Shown here piece by piece: positions 48,116 through 57,821 of a DNA stretch of 64,000 bases. Position 1 is the stretch's first letter. Every line of letters starts with the position of its first letter. The stretch comes from Mesorhizobium sp. (lineage in GTDB: Bacteria > Pseudomonadota > Alphaproteobacteria > Rhizobiales > Rhizobiaceae). The notes below the pieces were generated by a model, which made no database searches, had not been told where the DNA came from, and worked only from the letters and a program-made list of their open reading frames with translations. The stretch covers positions 304-64,303 of the forward strand of contig JASGJA010000014.1 in the NCBI GenBank assembly GCA_049840935.1. The letters run 5' to 3'. Position numbers and translations under genes: made by a program.

Positions 48116-49198
48116 TCAATACCCTGCTTTGATCTTCTCGAATTCTTCGATCATCTTCTGACGCAGTTCGGTCGGCAAAGGCGATTGAAAGAGCGTCTTA
48201 TCGAGGAATTTGTCGACATCGCCATAGCCCTGACCGGCAACGACCTTCGGGTCGATCTCGCTCATGGCCTTGGCGTTGGCATGGCCGTAACCCCAATCGG
48301 TCAACAGGTAGGTGGCGACCTCCGGCGTGTTGATCGCGTTGAGATAGTCGTAGGCCTTATCAACGCTGCCGGTGCCGCCCTTGATGCGCACGTATCCGCA
48401 GACCCAGGTCGAAAGCCCTTCTTTTGTATCGCGTGTAGATTTGATCGGAGCGCCTGCAAGCGCGGATTGCACGGCAGCATCATTCCATGCCCATGCAAGG
48501 TCGACTTCGCCGCCGCTCATCGCCTGAACGATTTCGGTCGTGTCGGTCCAGTAGAGGCGGACGTTCTTATGCACCTGACGCAAGAAGTCCGACGCTTCCT
48601 TGAACTGCTCGTCGGTCATCTTGGTCCAGTCTTTCAGGCCAATAGCGAGCGAAGCCAGAGCATAGGCGTCATCCACATTGTCGCCAATGGAAACACGGTC
48701 CTTGAACTTGGGATCAGCCAGCGAGCGCAGCGATTGGATATCCGCCGCGTCAACCTTTTCGGTATTGTAGGTGAGCAGCGAATTGCCCCATTCCCAAGGC
48801 AGGAACCACGCTTTCCCGTCAGCGGTGGAAACAAGATCTTTCATGCCCATGATCTGCGGGTTCATGTCGCCCCACGCGGTAATCTTTGACGTGTCGAGAG
48901 GTTCTAGCAGGCCAGCGTCACGCCATTTTGCCACGCTCTGCGAGCATGGGTGAGCGAGGTCAGTCTTAAAACCGGAGCGCAGCTTCTGGAAGGCTTCTTC
49001 TTCGTCGCCGAAAAAGGTGAAGGTGGGCGAGTCGCCGTGCTTGGCGACATAGGCTGGATGGAACTCCGGCACCTCGTAACCGGACCAGTCGAAAATGGTC
49101 AGCTCGCCATCGTCTGCTGCAACGATACCCGCCAATGAGAAGGAAAACAGCCCGGCGGTGGCCAAACCAAGCGCTGTTCGTCTCAACAATCTCGTCAT
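48116..49198 (-). CDS. ABC transporter periplasmic substrate-binding protein (PotD/PotF-like)
   Basis: Signal peptide (MTRLLRRTALGLATAGLFSFSLAG) and a type II solute-binding-protein body (LTIFDWSGYE…). Confidence 0.85.
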   Translation of the reverse strand: MTRLLRRTALGLATAGLFSFSLAGIVAADDGELTIFDWSGYEVPEFHPAYVAKHGDSPTFTFFGDEEEAFQKLRSGFKTDLAHPCSQSVAKWRDAGLLEPLDTSKITAWGDMNPQIMGMKDLVSTADGKAWFLPWEWGNSLLTYNTEKVDAADIQSLRSLADPKFKDRVSIGDNVDDAYALASLAIGLKDWTKMTDEQFKEASDFLRQVHKNVRLYWTDTTEIVQAMSGGEVDLAWAWNDAAVQSALAGAPIKSTRDTKEGLSTWVCGYVRIKGGTGSVDKAYDYLNAINTPEVATYLLTDWGYGHANAKAMSEIDPKVVAGQGYGDVDKFLDKTLFQSPLPTELRQKMIEEFEKIKAGY

Positions 49199-49209
49199 GC
49201 CCTGTTCCC

Positions 49210-49971
49210 TTATGTTTCTTGTGCGGTTTCCCGTGGCCGGTCGTAATGTCTAGGAAAGGCCACAGCCAAAAATTCATAGGCGCATTGAAGCGCGCTCTGA
49301 CGGGTGACGTTTTCGGTTCCCATCATCAGCCGCAGCCACAAGCCCTCAAGTGAAGAGCAGAGAGCGAGTGAGATGGCTTCCGGGTCGAAATCATAGCCCG
49401 CTTCTTCGCGAAGTTTGCTGCAAAGTTCGGAGAAAATACGCTGGTATCTTTCATCTCGCGCACCGCATAGCGCCTGATAGGTAGGGCGCGATTTTGCCTC
49501 GCCCCAGAAGGCGCACCATGCGGCCAGCTTGCGCCGTGTGCAGATTGCGCGGTCGAAATCCGCAGCGACCAACGCACGAAGCTGGTCGGCGGGCACATCG
49601 CCAGCTTTCTCCAGACTTGCTCGCCAATGGGCTGCATATTCATCCGACATATATTGCAGCGTCGCGATGAGCAGCTTTTCCTTGCTCTCAAAATGAAAGT
49701 TTACAATGCCGCGCGACAGGCCCGCGCCATCTGCAACATCGGCCATCGTGGTTTCCGCATAGCCGCGCTTGGCAAGCGAATCGATGGTTGCTTCGATGAG
49801 TTGCTGGCGGCGCACATCTTTGGTCGCAGTGCGCGGCTTGGCCTTCTCGCTCTGAATGCTCTTGCCTGATGACAATCTGACCATCTTGTCCATGCCCGAC
49901 TCATTGATGCCGCGCGCCATGCGCTGCTGGCGCAGTTGAGACGAGGGAGGGTCAGCCATGTCAAGTGCCAT
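49210..49971 (-). CDS. TetR/AcrR-family transcriptional regulator
   Basis: HTH RRQQLIEATIDSLAKRGYAETTMADVADGAGLSRGIVNFHF. The exact start is uncertain because several in-frame ATGs exist. Confidence 0.85.
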   Translation of the reverse strand: MALDMADPPSSQLRQQRMARGINESGMDKMVRLSSGKSIQSEKAKPRTATKDVRRQQLIEATIDSLAKRGYAETTMADVADGAGLSRGIVNFHFESKEKLLIATLQYMSDEYAAHWRASLEKAGDVPADQLRALVAADFDRAICTRRKLAAWCAFWGEAKSRPTYQALCGARDERYQRIFSELCSKLREEAGYDFDPEAISLALCSSLEGLWLRLMMGTENVTRQSALQCAYEFLAVAFPRHYDRPRETAQET

Positions 49972-50059
49972 TGTACGGCTCCGGATGGCTCAGTCGCGAA
50001 TACAGCGCGTCTGAATGGTTTGAGCCTACTCTCAACTACGGCAAACGCAAGTCAATTTG

Positions 50060-50075
50060 TTGAACGTACATTCAA
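50060..50075. promoter_or_regulatory. Candidate TetR operator (imperfect palindrome)
   Basis: TTGAACGTACATTCAA is 14/16 self-complementary. It lies in the divergent intergenic region between the TetR gene and the flavoprotein operon. Confidence 0.3.
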
Positions 50076-50136
50076 TGGGTATAGACAAGAGCGGCTTCGG
50101 CGTGGCAGATTTGCTGCAACGGGAGATGCCTCGGTT

Positions 50137-51756
50137 ATGAAAAGCTGGGACGTAATCGTCATTGGCGGCGGCCATAATGGGCTGGTCAATGCCTGCTATT
50201 TGCAACGCTCTGGGCTGGATGTGCTGGTGCTGGAGCAAAAGGACTGGGTGGGCGGCGCGGCGACCAGCAGGTCGCTTACGCCGGGATTCGTCTATTCGAA
50301 TTGTTCCTATGTGTGTTCGCTGTTTCGACCGGAGATCATGCGCGATCTCGAATTGCCGCGCTTTGGGCTGCAAGTGATCCCATATGAAGGCGGCGCGGTT
50401 TTCACGCAGGACGGCGATTATCTCGCCAATTACCGCGACCATCACGCACATCGCCGCGAGTTTGCGCGGTTTTCGCCGCGCGATGCAGAAGCTTATGAGC
50501 GCTATGCGCGCGATGTGACGCGCCAGTGCCGGTTCATTCAGCCGTTGTTGATGCGCACTGCGCCTGATCCAACCAGTTTCAAGCCGCGCGACATTGGCGA
50601 GTTGATTTATCTGGGCCGGAAGTTTTCCGGCATGTCGGCCGAGGAGATGGCGCTGACGCTTCGGTTCTGGACCATGTCGATCTCGGACTTCCTCGACGAA
50701 TATTTCGAGACGGATGTGATAAAGGCGAACTTTGCGCTCTCCGGCATTATAGGGACCGCGCTTGGCCCGATGTCGCCGGGAACGGCCTATGTACTGCTGC
50801 ACCACTATATGGGTGAGGTTGATGGCTCGGTTGGCGCATGGGGTTATGCGCGCGGCGGTATGGGTGCCGTTACGCAAGCCCTTGCGGCATCGTTTCAGGC
50901 GTCGGGCGGGACGATCCGAACGGGCGCGCAGGTCGAACAGATTCTGGTCAAGAATGGACATGCGCAAGGCGTGGTGCTGGCCGGCGGCGAAGAAGTACTG
51001 GGCAAGCTGATCGTCTCGAACGCAGACGTGAAGCGCACATTCCTCAAGCTCGTGGAGCCGAAGGAACTGCCCGACATTTTTCTGCGGCGAGTGAAGAACT
51101 TCAAGATTCGCGGCTCTTCCGGCAAGGTGAATATCGCGCTCGATTCCATGCCGGAGTTTCCGGCGCTGCCGGACGACTCGCCTTGCTATCGCGGTGATCT
51201 GCATTTCACCGATTCGGTGGAGCGCATGGAGCGCGCCTATGATGACTGGAAGGAGGGGCGCTGGTCTGCCGATCCATTCATCGACATGGTGATTCCGACG
51301 ACGCTCGACCCAACGATGGCTTCGCCGGGTAAGCACTTCATGAGTTGCTTCGTGCAATATGCGCCGCCAAAGGTCGAAGGTCGCGAATGGACCGACGCGG
51401 ATCGCGACGGATTTGCGGAAAGCGTCATTTCTCAGATCGCCGATTATTCGCCGGGCTTTCGCGAGCGCATCGTGCACATGGAAGTGCGCACGCCACGCGA
51501 GATCGAGGCGGAAACCGGTCTGACAGAAGGCAATATTTTCCAGGGCGAACTGACCTTCGACCAGTTGCTGTTTAACAGGCCGGTGCCCGGTTATGCGCAA
51601 TATCGCTCGCCGGTGGGCGGGTTGTATATGTGCGGCTCATCCACGCATCCAGGCGGCGGTGTGATGGGCGCTCCGGGTCGCAATGCGGCGGTGGAAATTT
51701 TGCGCGACCTGAAGCGCGGCGCAAATCTTGTGAGTGCAGCCCATGACGTCATTTGA
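50137..51756 (+). CDS. NAD(P)/FAD-dependent oxidoreductase, phytoene-desaturase (CrtI)-like
   Basis: MKSWDVIVIGGGHNGLVNACYL dinucleotide fold and C-terminal GLYMCGSSTHPGGGVMGAPG. Confidence 0.8.
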   Translation: MKSWDVIVIGGGHNGLVNACYLQRSGLDVLVLEQKDWVGGAATSRSLTPGFVYSNCSYVCSLFRPEIMRDLELPRFGLQVIPYEGGAVFTQDGDYLANYRDHHAHRREFARFSPRDAEAYERYARDVTRQCRFIQPLLMRTAPDPTSFKPRDIGELIYLGRKFSGMSAEEMALTLRFWTMSISDFLDEYFETDVIKANFALSGIIGTALGPMSPGTAYVLLHHYMGEVDGSVGAWGYARGGMGAVTQALAASFQASGGTIRTGAQVEQILVKNGHAQGVVLAGGEEVLGKLIVSNADVKRTFLKLVEPKELPDIFLRRVKNFKIRGSSGKVNIALDSMPEFPALPDDSPCYRGDLHFTDSVERMERAYDDWKEGRWSADPFIDMVIPTTLDPTMASPGKHFMSCFVQYAPPKVEGREWTDADRDGFAESVISQIADYSPGFRERIVHMEVRTPREIEAETGLTEGNIFQGELTFDQLLFNRPVPGYAQYRSPVGGLYMCGSSTHPGGGVMGAPGRNAAVEILRDLKRGANLVSAAHDVI

Positions 51757-53302
51757 TGCAATCGTCGTGGGCGGTGGTCACAACGGGATTGTGGCCGCAA
51801 CTGTGCTGGCAAAAGCTGGCCGTCGCGTTGTGCTGCTGGAAGCAGATGAGCAACTCGGCGGTCCAGCACGAACGGAGGAGTTTGCGCCGGGTTTTCGCGT
51901 ATCCTTGGCGCATATTTTGAATCGGCTCCACCCTGAGGTGGTGAAGGCGTTGGACCTTGAAGCGAATGGCCTCACTTTCGATACTACGGATATGCCAAGC
52001 ATTGCGCTTTCCGCAAATGGCGAGCCGCTGGTTTTGACGGGTGCCTACGGCGAGGGGCTTTCTGGCGCGCAACCGAGTGAAGTACAGGCGTGGTCGGAAT
52101 TGCGGGCGCAACTCATTCGCTATGCGGGGATATTGAAGCCGATGCTGGCACGCCGTCCGCCAGACCTTTCCGGCATGACGCTTGGCGAAACATCCGCACT
52201 CGGCATGGTTGGGCTGTCGCTGCGGCGGCTCGGCAAGGAAGATATGCGCGATTTCCTGCGCATGTTCCTGATGAATGTTGCCGACGTAGCTGACGATTGC
52301 CTGACTGATGACAGGCTCAAGGGATTGCTGGCTTTTGACGCGGTGATGGGCAGCCATCTTGGGCCGCGCTCTCCAACTTCGCTGCTTGGATTGTACTATC
52401 GGCTTGCTGGCGAGGTCGCGGGAAAGGCCGGTGCACAGACCATGCCGCGGGGCGGCATGGGAGCGGTTATCAACGCAATGGCGAGCGCTGCGAACAAGGC
52501 AGGCGTTCAGGTTCGCACCAATGCACCGGTCGCCCGCATCAACGTTCAAGATGGGCGGGTGGCAGGTGTGGTGTTGACGAGCGGCGAAGAATTTTCTGCG
52601 CCAATCGTGCTGGCCGCTACTAATCCTTCAACAGCTTTGATGGAGCTTACTGGACCGCGGAATTTTGACACGGGTTTTGTGCGTAAGGTGGCGAACATTC
52701 GCATGAATGGTTCGGTTGCCAAGCTGCATCTGGCGTTGAATGGCTTGCCGAAGTTCAACGGCGTTTCCGAACAGGATTTGCGAGGCAGGTTGGTACTCGC
52801 GCCTTCCACAAACCATGTGGAACGCGCATTTAATCCGTCAAAATACGGCGGGTTTTCAGCCGAGCCGGTGATGGAAATCGTGATGCCGAGCATCGCTGAT
52901 GCCTCGCTTGCCCCAGCGGGCGGATGCGTGCTTTCGGCCAACATCATGTTTGCGCCCTACGCGTTGAAAGAAGGCTGGACGAAAGGCAAGGCGAAACTGC
53001 TCAAGGCCGTGATGGCACAACTGGAAAGCGTCGCACCCGGCATCGGCAAGCTGGTGCGGCACGCGGAATTGCTGACGCCGCTGGATATTGAGCAGCGCTA
53101 CCGAATGCCGGGAGGACATTGGCATCACGGAGAACTGCAGGCCGATCAGATGCTGATGTCACGCCCTGTTTCGGGCTGGTCGGGCTATGACACGCCGGTC
53201 GAGGGGCTTTACCTCGCAAGTGCGGGCTCGCATCCGGGCGGTGGCATATCGGGCGTACCGGGTTTGAATGCCGCGCGCCGCGTGCTGGCGAGAAAGGGCT
53301 GA
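51743..53302 (+). CDS. NAD(P)/FAD-dependent oxidoreductase, CrtI-like (paralogue of preceding gene)
   Basis: MTSFDAIVVGGGHNGIVAATVL and GLYLASAGSHPGGGISGVPG. Overlaps the previous gene by 14 nt. Confidence 0.8.
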   Translation: MTSFDAIVVGGGHNGIVAATVLAKAGRRVVLLEADEQLGGPARTEEFAPGFRVSLAHILNRLHPEVVKALDLEANGLTFDTTDMPSIALSANGEPLVLTGAYGEGLSGAQPSEVQAWSELRAQLIRYAGILKPMLARRPPDLSGMTLGETSALGMVGLSLRRLGKEDMRDFLRMFLMNVADVADDCLTDDRLKGLLAFDAVMGSHLGPRSPTSLLGLYYRLAGEVAGKAGAQTMPRGGMGAVINAMASAANKAGVQVRTNAPVARINVQDGRVAGVVLTSGEEFSAPIVLAATNPSTALMELTGPRNFDTGFVRKVANIRMNGSVAKLHLALNGLPKFNGVSEQDLRGRLVLAPSTNHVERAFNPSKYGGFSAEPVMEIVMPSIADASLAPAGGCVLSANIMFAPYALKEGWTKGKAKLLKAVMAQLESVAPGIGKLVRHAELLTPLDIEQRYRMPGGHWHHGELQADQMLMSRPVSGWSGYDTPVEGLYLASAGSHPGGGISGVPGLNAARRVLARKG

Positions 53303-53305
53303 GCG

Positions 53306-54538
53306 ATGGTTGCTGTTGCCAAGACAAAATCGCGAAAAGTTCTTGATGCTCAGGCGCATTTCCGCACGTTGCGTTTGCCATCGCCGTTTCAGCCACGGCT
53401 TGAAGCGCTGGCTGCTCAACAGGATTGGTACGACTGGGCGGGTTATAAAGCCCCGCATGCTTTATGGGATGACGAACTGGAATATTTCGCGATCCGCAGT
53501 CAGGCGGCATTGTTCGATATTTCGCCGATGGTGAAATACCGCATCGAAGGGCCGGATGCGGAAGCGGTTCTCAACCGCGTAACGCTGCGTGACGTGACGA
53601 AGCTCAAGCCGGGTCGCGTGCACTATACGGCATGGTGCGACGACGAAGGCTATGTGCTCGATGATGGGACGCTGTTTCGGTTGTCGCCGGATCGGTTTCG
53701 CCTATGCTGTCAGGAAAGGCATCTGCCTTGGCTACTGGACAGCGCCATCGGGTACGATGTGAGTGTTGTCGAAGAAACGCAGGAAGTTGCCGGGCTTGCG
53801 CTACAAGGGCCGACATCTTTCGCGGTTTTGCGCGATTGCGGGTTCAAGGGCGTCGAGAAGCTGAAAATTTTCGATCTGGCGGAGTTCCCACATGAAAAGG
53901 GATTCGTCACGATTTCGAGGACGGGCTTCACGGGCGATTTAGGCTATGAGCTTTTTGTGCCGATCAAACAGGCGTTGAGCCTTTGGGATCGACTGATCGA
54001 AGGCGGCAGACTGCATGGCATCCGACCAATGGGATACACGGCGCTGAATCGCGCGCGCATTGAGGCGGGGCTGATCGTCGCCAACGCGGATTTCGTGACG
54101 GGCGATAGCGCTATTCGGACGGACCGGCTGCGCATGCCCGATGAAATCGGGCTGGGCTTTATGATCGATCCGGCAAAAGGCCATTTCAACGGTCGCCATG
54201 CAATTCTCGCCGCGCGGAAAAATAAAACGCTCAAGCATGTTCTGGTTGGGCTGGAGATAGAGGGCAATATTCCGGCTGAACACGCCATCGTCTATCATCG
54301 CGGCAAGCGCGAGGTCGGGTTGGTTAGTGCTGCAATCTGGTCGCCAACGGCAAAGCGCAATATCGCGATTGCAAGCCTGCAGCGTCCCTATGGCGATACT
54401 GTCGTTGATGATCTTTGGGTCGAAATCTACGCCATGCGCGAGCTTCAATATCACAAGCTGATGAAGCGCGCGAAGGTAGTGCCGCGACCGTTCATCAAGC
54501 TCGACCGCCGCACGGCAAATCCGCCGGGTGAGAGATGA
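53306..54538 (+). CDS. Aminomethyltransferase-family (GcvT-like) folate-binding protein
   Basis: …FDISPMVKYRIEGPDAEAVLN…YTAWCDDEGYVLDDGT…RTGFTGDLGYELF…, the GcvT fold signature. Confidence 0.85.
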   Translation: MVAVAKTKSRKVLDAQAHFRTLRLPSPFQPRLEALAAQQDWYDWAGYKAPHALWDDELEYFAIRSQAALFDISPMVKYRIEGPDAEAVLNRVTLRDVTKLKPGRVHYTAWCDDEGYVLDDGTLFRLSPDRFRLCCQERHLPWLLDSAIGYDVSVVEETQEVAGLALQGPTSFAVLRDCGFKGVEKLKIFDLAEFPHEKGFVTISRTGFTGDLGYELFVPIKQALSLWDRLIEGGRLHGIRPMGYTALNRARIEAGLIVANADFVTGDSAIRTDRLRMPDEIGLGFMIDPAKGHFNGRHAILAARKNKTLKHVLVGLEIEGNIPAEHAIVYHRGKREVGLVSAAIWSPTAKRNIAIASLQRPYGDTVVDDLWVEIYAMRELQYHKLMKRAKVVPRPFIKLDRRTANPPGER

Positions 54539-54795
54539 TCGACGCCGCCGAAGAAGCGGAGAACTGGCGGCTGATTCTGTCGCCACTCGGCGAGGAGTGG
54601 TCGGGCCGCGCGCGCTACGCGGCGGCGATGTATTTCTACAAGCGCGGCGATATGAACGCCGAAACGCTGGAGGTCTACCGCGTTTCTTCGCGCCTGGACA
54701 ATCAAGACCCGCTTTCGATTATTCGCGAGCGTGGCATAGGCGAGCCTTGGCTTGCAAAGCTTGAAGCCATTGCGGCATCCCGCAGCCATCCTTAA
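54535..54795 (+). CDS. Hypothetical 86-aa protein
   Basis: ATGA-coupled to the GcvT-like gene. No family recognised. Confidence 0.45.
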   Translation: MIDAAEEAENWRLILSPLGEEWSGRARYAAAMYFYKRGDMNAETLEVYRVSSRLDNQDPLSIIRERGIGEPWLAKLEAIAASRSHP

Positions 54796-54911
54796 ATGAA
54801 GCGCGTAAACGCACGCATTCGTGAGGCTTGATTCGCGAACGACGCGAGAGGGTCAAAGTTCGGCCCAACTGGCAGCGTAGCCGCTGACAATCAGGAATTG
54901 GAATTGCCGCA

Positions 54912-55574
54912 ATGACAGTGAATACATCGAAGCAGATCTTTACCCGCAGAGCAGCGCTGGGCTTGGTGCTCGCAGGCGCGTTCGCGGTATCGAATGCTGC
55001 GCTGGTCGTGGATGCGCAGGCGCAGGCCAATGAAGCCGTGCAGCAGATAGCGGATCACTTTGCCTCGATTCGGACGATGCGCGGCGATTTCGTGCAGTTC
55101 GGTCCACGCGGGGAACAGACCGGTGGCAAATTTTTTATCCAGCGGCCCGGTAAAATCCGCTTCAACTACGACGCACCGTCGAACTATCGCGTGATTGCGG
55201 ACGGAAAATCCGTCGTTATCGAAAACATGAAGCTGCGGACTTCGGATCTATATCCACTGTCCAAGACGCCGCTGAAACTATTGCTGGACGACAGGATCGA
55301 CCTTTCGGGCGGTAAGGTAAAAAGTGTGAAGCAGGAAGACGATCTGACCACGATCCAGCTTGCGGACAAATCTGTGTTCGGCAACTCGACCATCACGATG
55401 AAGTTCAATCCGCAGACCAGCGAACTACTGGAGTGGACCATCACCGATGCCAAGGGCAAAGACACAACGGTGATGATCTCCAACGTTCAGAACGGTGTGC
55501 AGATCGATCCATCGATCTTCGAGATCAACTATCAGCGCAACCGCGAAATCAACCAGAAGAAAGGTCAGCGCTAA
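54912..55574 (+). CDS. LolA-like outer-membrane lipoprotein carrier protein
   Basis: Signal peptide, then FVQFGPRGEQTGGKFFIQRPGKIRFNYDAP, a LolA-like pattern. Confidence 0.75.
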   Translation: MTVNTSKQIFTRRAALGLVLAGAFAVSNAALVVDAQAQANEAVQQIADHFASIRTMRGDFVQFGPRGEQTGGKFFIQRPGKIRFNYDAPSNYRVIADGKSVVIENMKLRTSDLYPLSKTPLKLLLDDRIDLSGGKVKSVKQEDDLTTIQLADKSVFGNSTITMKFNPQTSELLEWTITDAKGKDTTVMISNVQNGVQIDPSIFEINYQRNREINQKKGQR

Positions 55575-55638
55575 GCGCTTGTCTTTCACCGATCTGGCTG
55601 GCAGTTAAGCGCGTCGACAGCGCGCGCTTGGGCACATC

Positions 55639-56442
55639 ATGACTTTCACACTCGCAACCTGGAATATCAATTCGGTCCGCTTGCGGATGCCATTGGTCGA
55701 GCGGTTTCTACGCTCCTATCAGCCGGATGTGCTGTGCCTGCAGGAAACGAAATGCCCGGACGATCTTTTTCCATTCGAGCCGTTACGCGCTGCGGGGTAC
55801 GAGCACATCGCGATTCACGGCCAGAAAGGCTATCACGGCGTCGCGACAATTTCTCGCCGCCCGCTGGAGATCGTGGAAAAGCGCCGCTTCTGCGAAATCG
55901 ACGATACGAGGCACCTTTCAGTGAAGCTCAATGCGGCGGGCAAAACGGTGCTGCTGCACAATTTCTACGTTCCGGCGGGAGGCGACGAGCCAGATCCGGA
56001 AATCAATCCCAAGTTCAAGCATAAGCTTGGCTTTATCGATGAGATGAACCGTGTGCGCGCCGGGTTCGATGGCGAATCCGCGTCGATTCTGGTGGGCGAT
56101 CTGAACATTGCGCCGCTGGAGCACGATGTGTGGTCACACAAGCAATTGCTCAATGTGGTAAGTCATACGCCCATCGAAACGACTGGGCTGGAAGCGATGC
56201 GGACCGGCGGCGGCTGGGCCGATCTTATGCGTCACAATGTGCCCTACGATCAGAAGCTCTATACTTGGTGGAGCTATCGTGCGCAGGACTGGGCAGCATC
56301 AGACCGTGGCCGCAGGTTGGACCACATCTGGTCCTCGCCCAATATGATCGGAAATCTGGCCGAAATTGAAATCCTGCGCGAAGCGCGCGGATGGGACCGC
56401 CCGTCTGACCATGTGCCGGTGATTATGCGGCTGACCGATTGA
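55639..56442 (+). CDS. xthA: Exodeoxyribonuclease III
   Basis: ATWNINSVRLR…VLCLQETK…GDLNIAP…RLDHIW…SDHVPV. Confidence 0.92.
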   Translation: MTFTLATWNINSVRLRMPLVERFLRSYQPDVLCLQETKCPDDLFPFEPLRAAGYEHIAIHGQKGYHGVATISRRPLEIVEKRRFCEIDDTRHLSVKLNAAGKTVLLHNFYVPAGGDEPDPEINPKFKHKLGFIDEMNRVRAGFDGESASILVGDLNIAPLEHDVWSHKQLLNVVSHTPIETTGLEAMRTGGGWADLMRHNVPYDQKLYTWWSYRAQDWAASDRGRRLDHIWSSPNMIGNLAEIEILREARGWDRPSDHVPVIMRLTD

Positions 56443-56446
56443 GGCG

Positions 56447-56902
56447 TTATTCGCCCAGTTTTGACGAGAGCGCTTCGAGTCGCTCGACCATTGCCTGAAA
56501 TTCCCGCGCAAGGCGGCGGTGTATCAGTTCGGGCAGCTCCGGATATTCTTCAAGAATGCGACGGAAGCTTTTCCGGTCAATTGCCATGACGCGTGACTCG
56601 ACCGATGCCATCGCGCTCGACAAGCGGCGGGTTGGCGCAATGACAGCAAGTTCGCCAAGCACCGTTCCGGGGCCCGCATCGGCCAGCTTGATCTTTTCGG
56701 TTTCTCGTTCGCGATAGATCTCAATGCGGCCGGACATGACCACATAAGCGCAAAGAGCCGGCTCACCCTCGATGTAAAGCGTTTCGCCGGCGCGCAGCGA
56801 CATCTTCTCTGCCCCGAAAGCGAGCAGACGCAAGTGTTCCTCAGCGAGGCTCTCGAAAAGAGCGACGCCGGACAGCAAACGGATGTCGTCATCCAGCGCC
56901 AT
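56447..56902 (-). CDS. Stand-alone cyclic-nucleotide-binding domain protein
   Basis: cNMP-binding beta-barrel pattern (…GETLYIEGEPALCAYVVMSGRIEIYR…GTVLGELAVI…R). No DNA-binding domain. Confidence 0.8.
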   Translation of the reverse strand: MALDDDIRLLSGVALFESLAEEHLRLLAFGAEKMSLRAGETLYIEGEPALCAYVVMSGRIEIYRERETEKIKLADAGPGTVLGELAVIAPTRRLSSAMASVESRVMAIDRKSFRRILEEYPELPELIHRRLAREFQAMVERLEALSSKLGE

Positions 56903-57061
56903 ATCGTCCCCGGCTAAGGCGCGACGGACGGATTTATTTCAAATACCCGCGATCACGCACTAAACCACTGATTCTGAGCGCAATCTTCTCACCGAAGCTT
57001 TAACGGCGCGGTGAAAGGCTGCCTCCCTCGCTGAACCGTAGCAGCACCCACCCCGTGCCCG

Positions 57062-57745
57062 CTACGGCATCAGCCTGTAACCACCGCTTTCTGTCACAAG
57101 AATCTCGGCTTTGGAAGGATCGCGCTCAATCTTCTGACGAAGACGATATACGTGCGTTTCAAGTGTGTGTGTCGTGACGCCGGAATTATAGCCCCAAACC
57201 TCTTCCAGTAGCGTGTCGCGCTTAACCACCGCTTTACCGGCGCGGTACAGGTAGCGGATGATCGAGGCTTCCTTTTCCGTAAGCCGGATTTTCGAGCCGC
57301 GCGGGTCAATCATAAGCTTTTGGCTGGGTTTGAAAGTGTATGGGCCGACCGTGAACGTCGCGTCTTCGCTCTGCTCATGCTGGCGAAGCTGCGCGCGGAT
57401 GCGGGCAAGCAGCACGGCAAAGCGGAAAGGCTTCGTGACATAATCGTTTGCGCCAGCCTCTAGGCCGAGAATCGTGTCCGAGTCCGTATCATGCCCGGTG
57501 AGCATGATGATCGGGGCCTTGAAACCGCTCTTGCGCAGCACCTTGACGGCCTCGCGGCCATCCATGTCAGGCAGGCCCACATCCATAATGAGGAGGTCCA
57601 CCAATCCAGCCCGCACCGATGCGACGCCTTTGGCGGCGGTTGGTTCGTCAAGAATCTTGAACTCTTCATAGAGCGATAGCTGTTCAACCAGCGTGCTGCG
57701 CAGGTCGTCATCATCGTCTACGATCAGGATGGTGCGTGAAGCCAT
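57062..57745 (-). CDS. OmpR/winged-helix response regulator (CenR-like by recollection)
   Basis: Receiver domain (ILIVDDDDDL…DLLIMDVGLPDMDG…TKPF) and a winged helix (LTEKEASIIRYLYRAG…VWGYNSGVTTHTLETHVYRLRQKIE). Confidence 0.85.
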   Translation of the reverse strand: MASRTILIVDDDDDLRSTLVEQLSLYEEFKILDEPTAAKGVASVRAGLVDLLIMDVGLPDMDGREAVKVLRKSGFKAPIIMLTGHDTDSDTILGLEAGANDYVTKPFRFAVLLARIRAQLRQHEQSEDATFTVGPYTFKPSQKLMIDPRGSKIRLTEKEASIIRYLYRAGKAVVKRDTLLEEVWGYNSGVTTHTLETHVYRLRQKIERDPSKAEILVTESGGYRLMP

Positions 57746-57821
57746 TCTTCATTCCGTTGTTGTGACCGGCTATCCGTTGTGCTGTCTGTGAAGCGCGACG
57801 AACGGCACGGTGATTTGAAAC

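Noticed and set aside
50032-51600. 522-aa ORF on the minus strand, antisense to the first CrtI-like oxidoreductase gene
   Set aside because: It exactly shadows a gene with clear flavoprotein motifs. Its translation is Arg/Ala/His-rich low-complexity sequence with no recognisable motif. This is a typical antisense open frame in GC-rich DNA.
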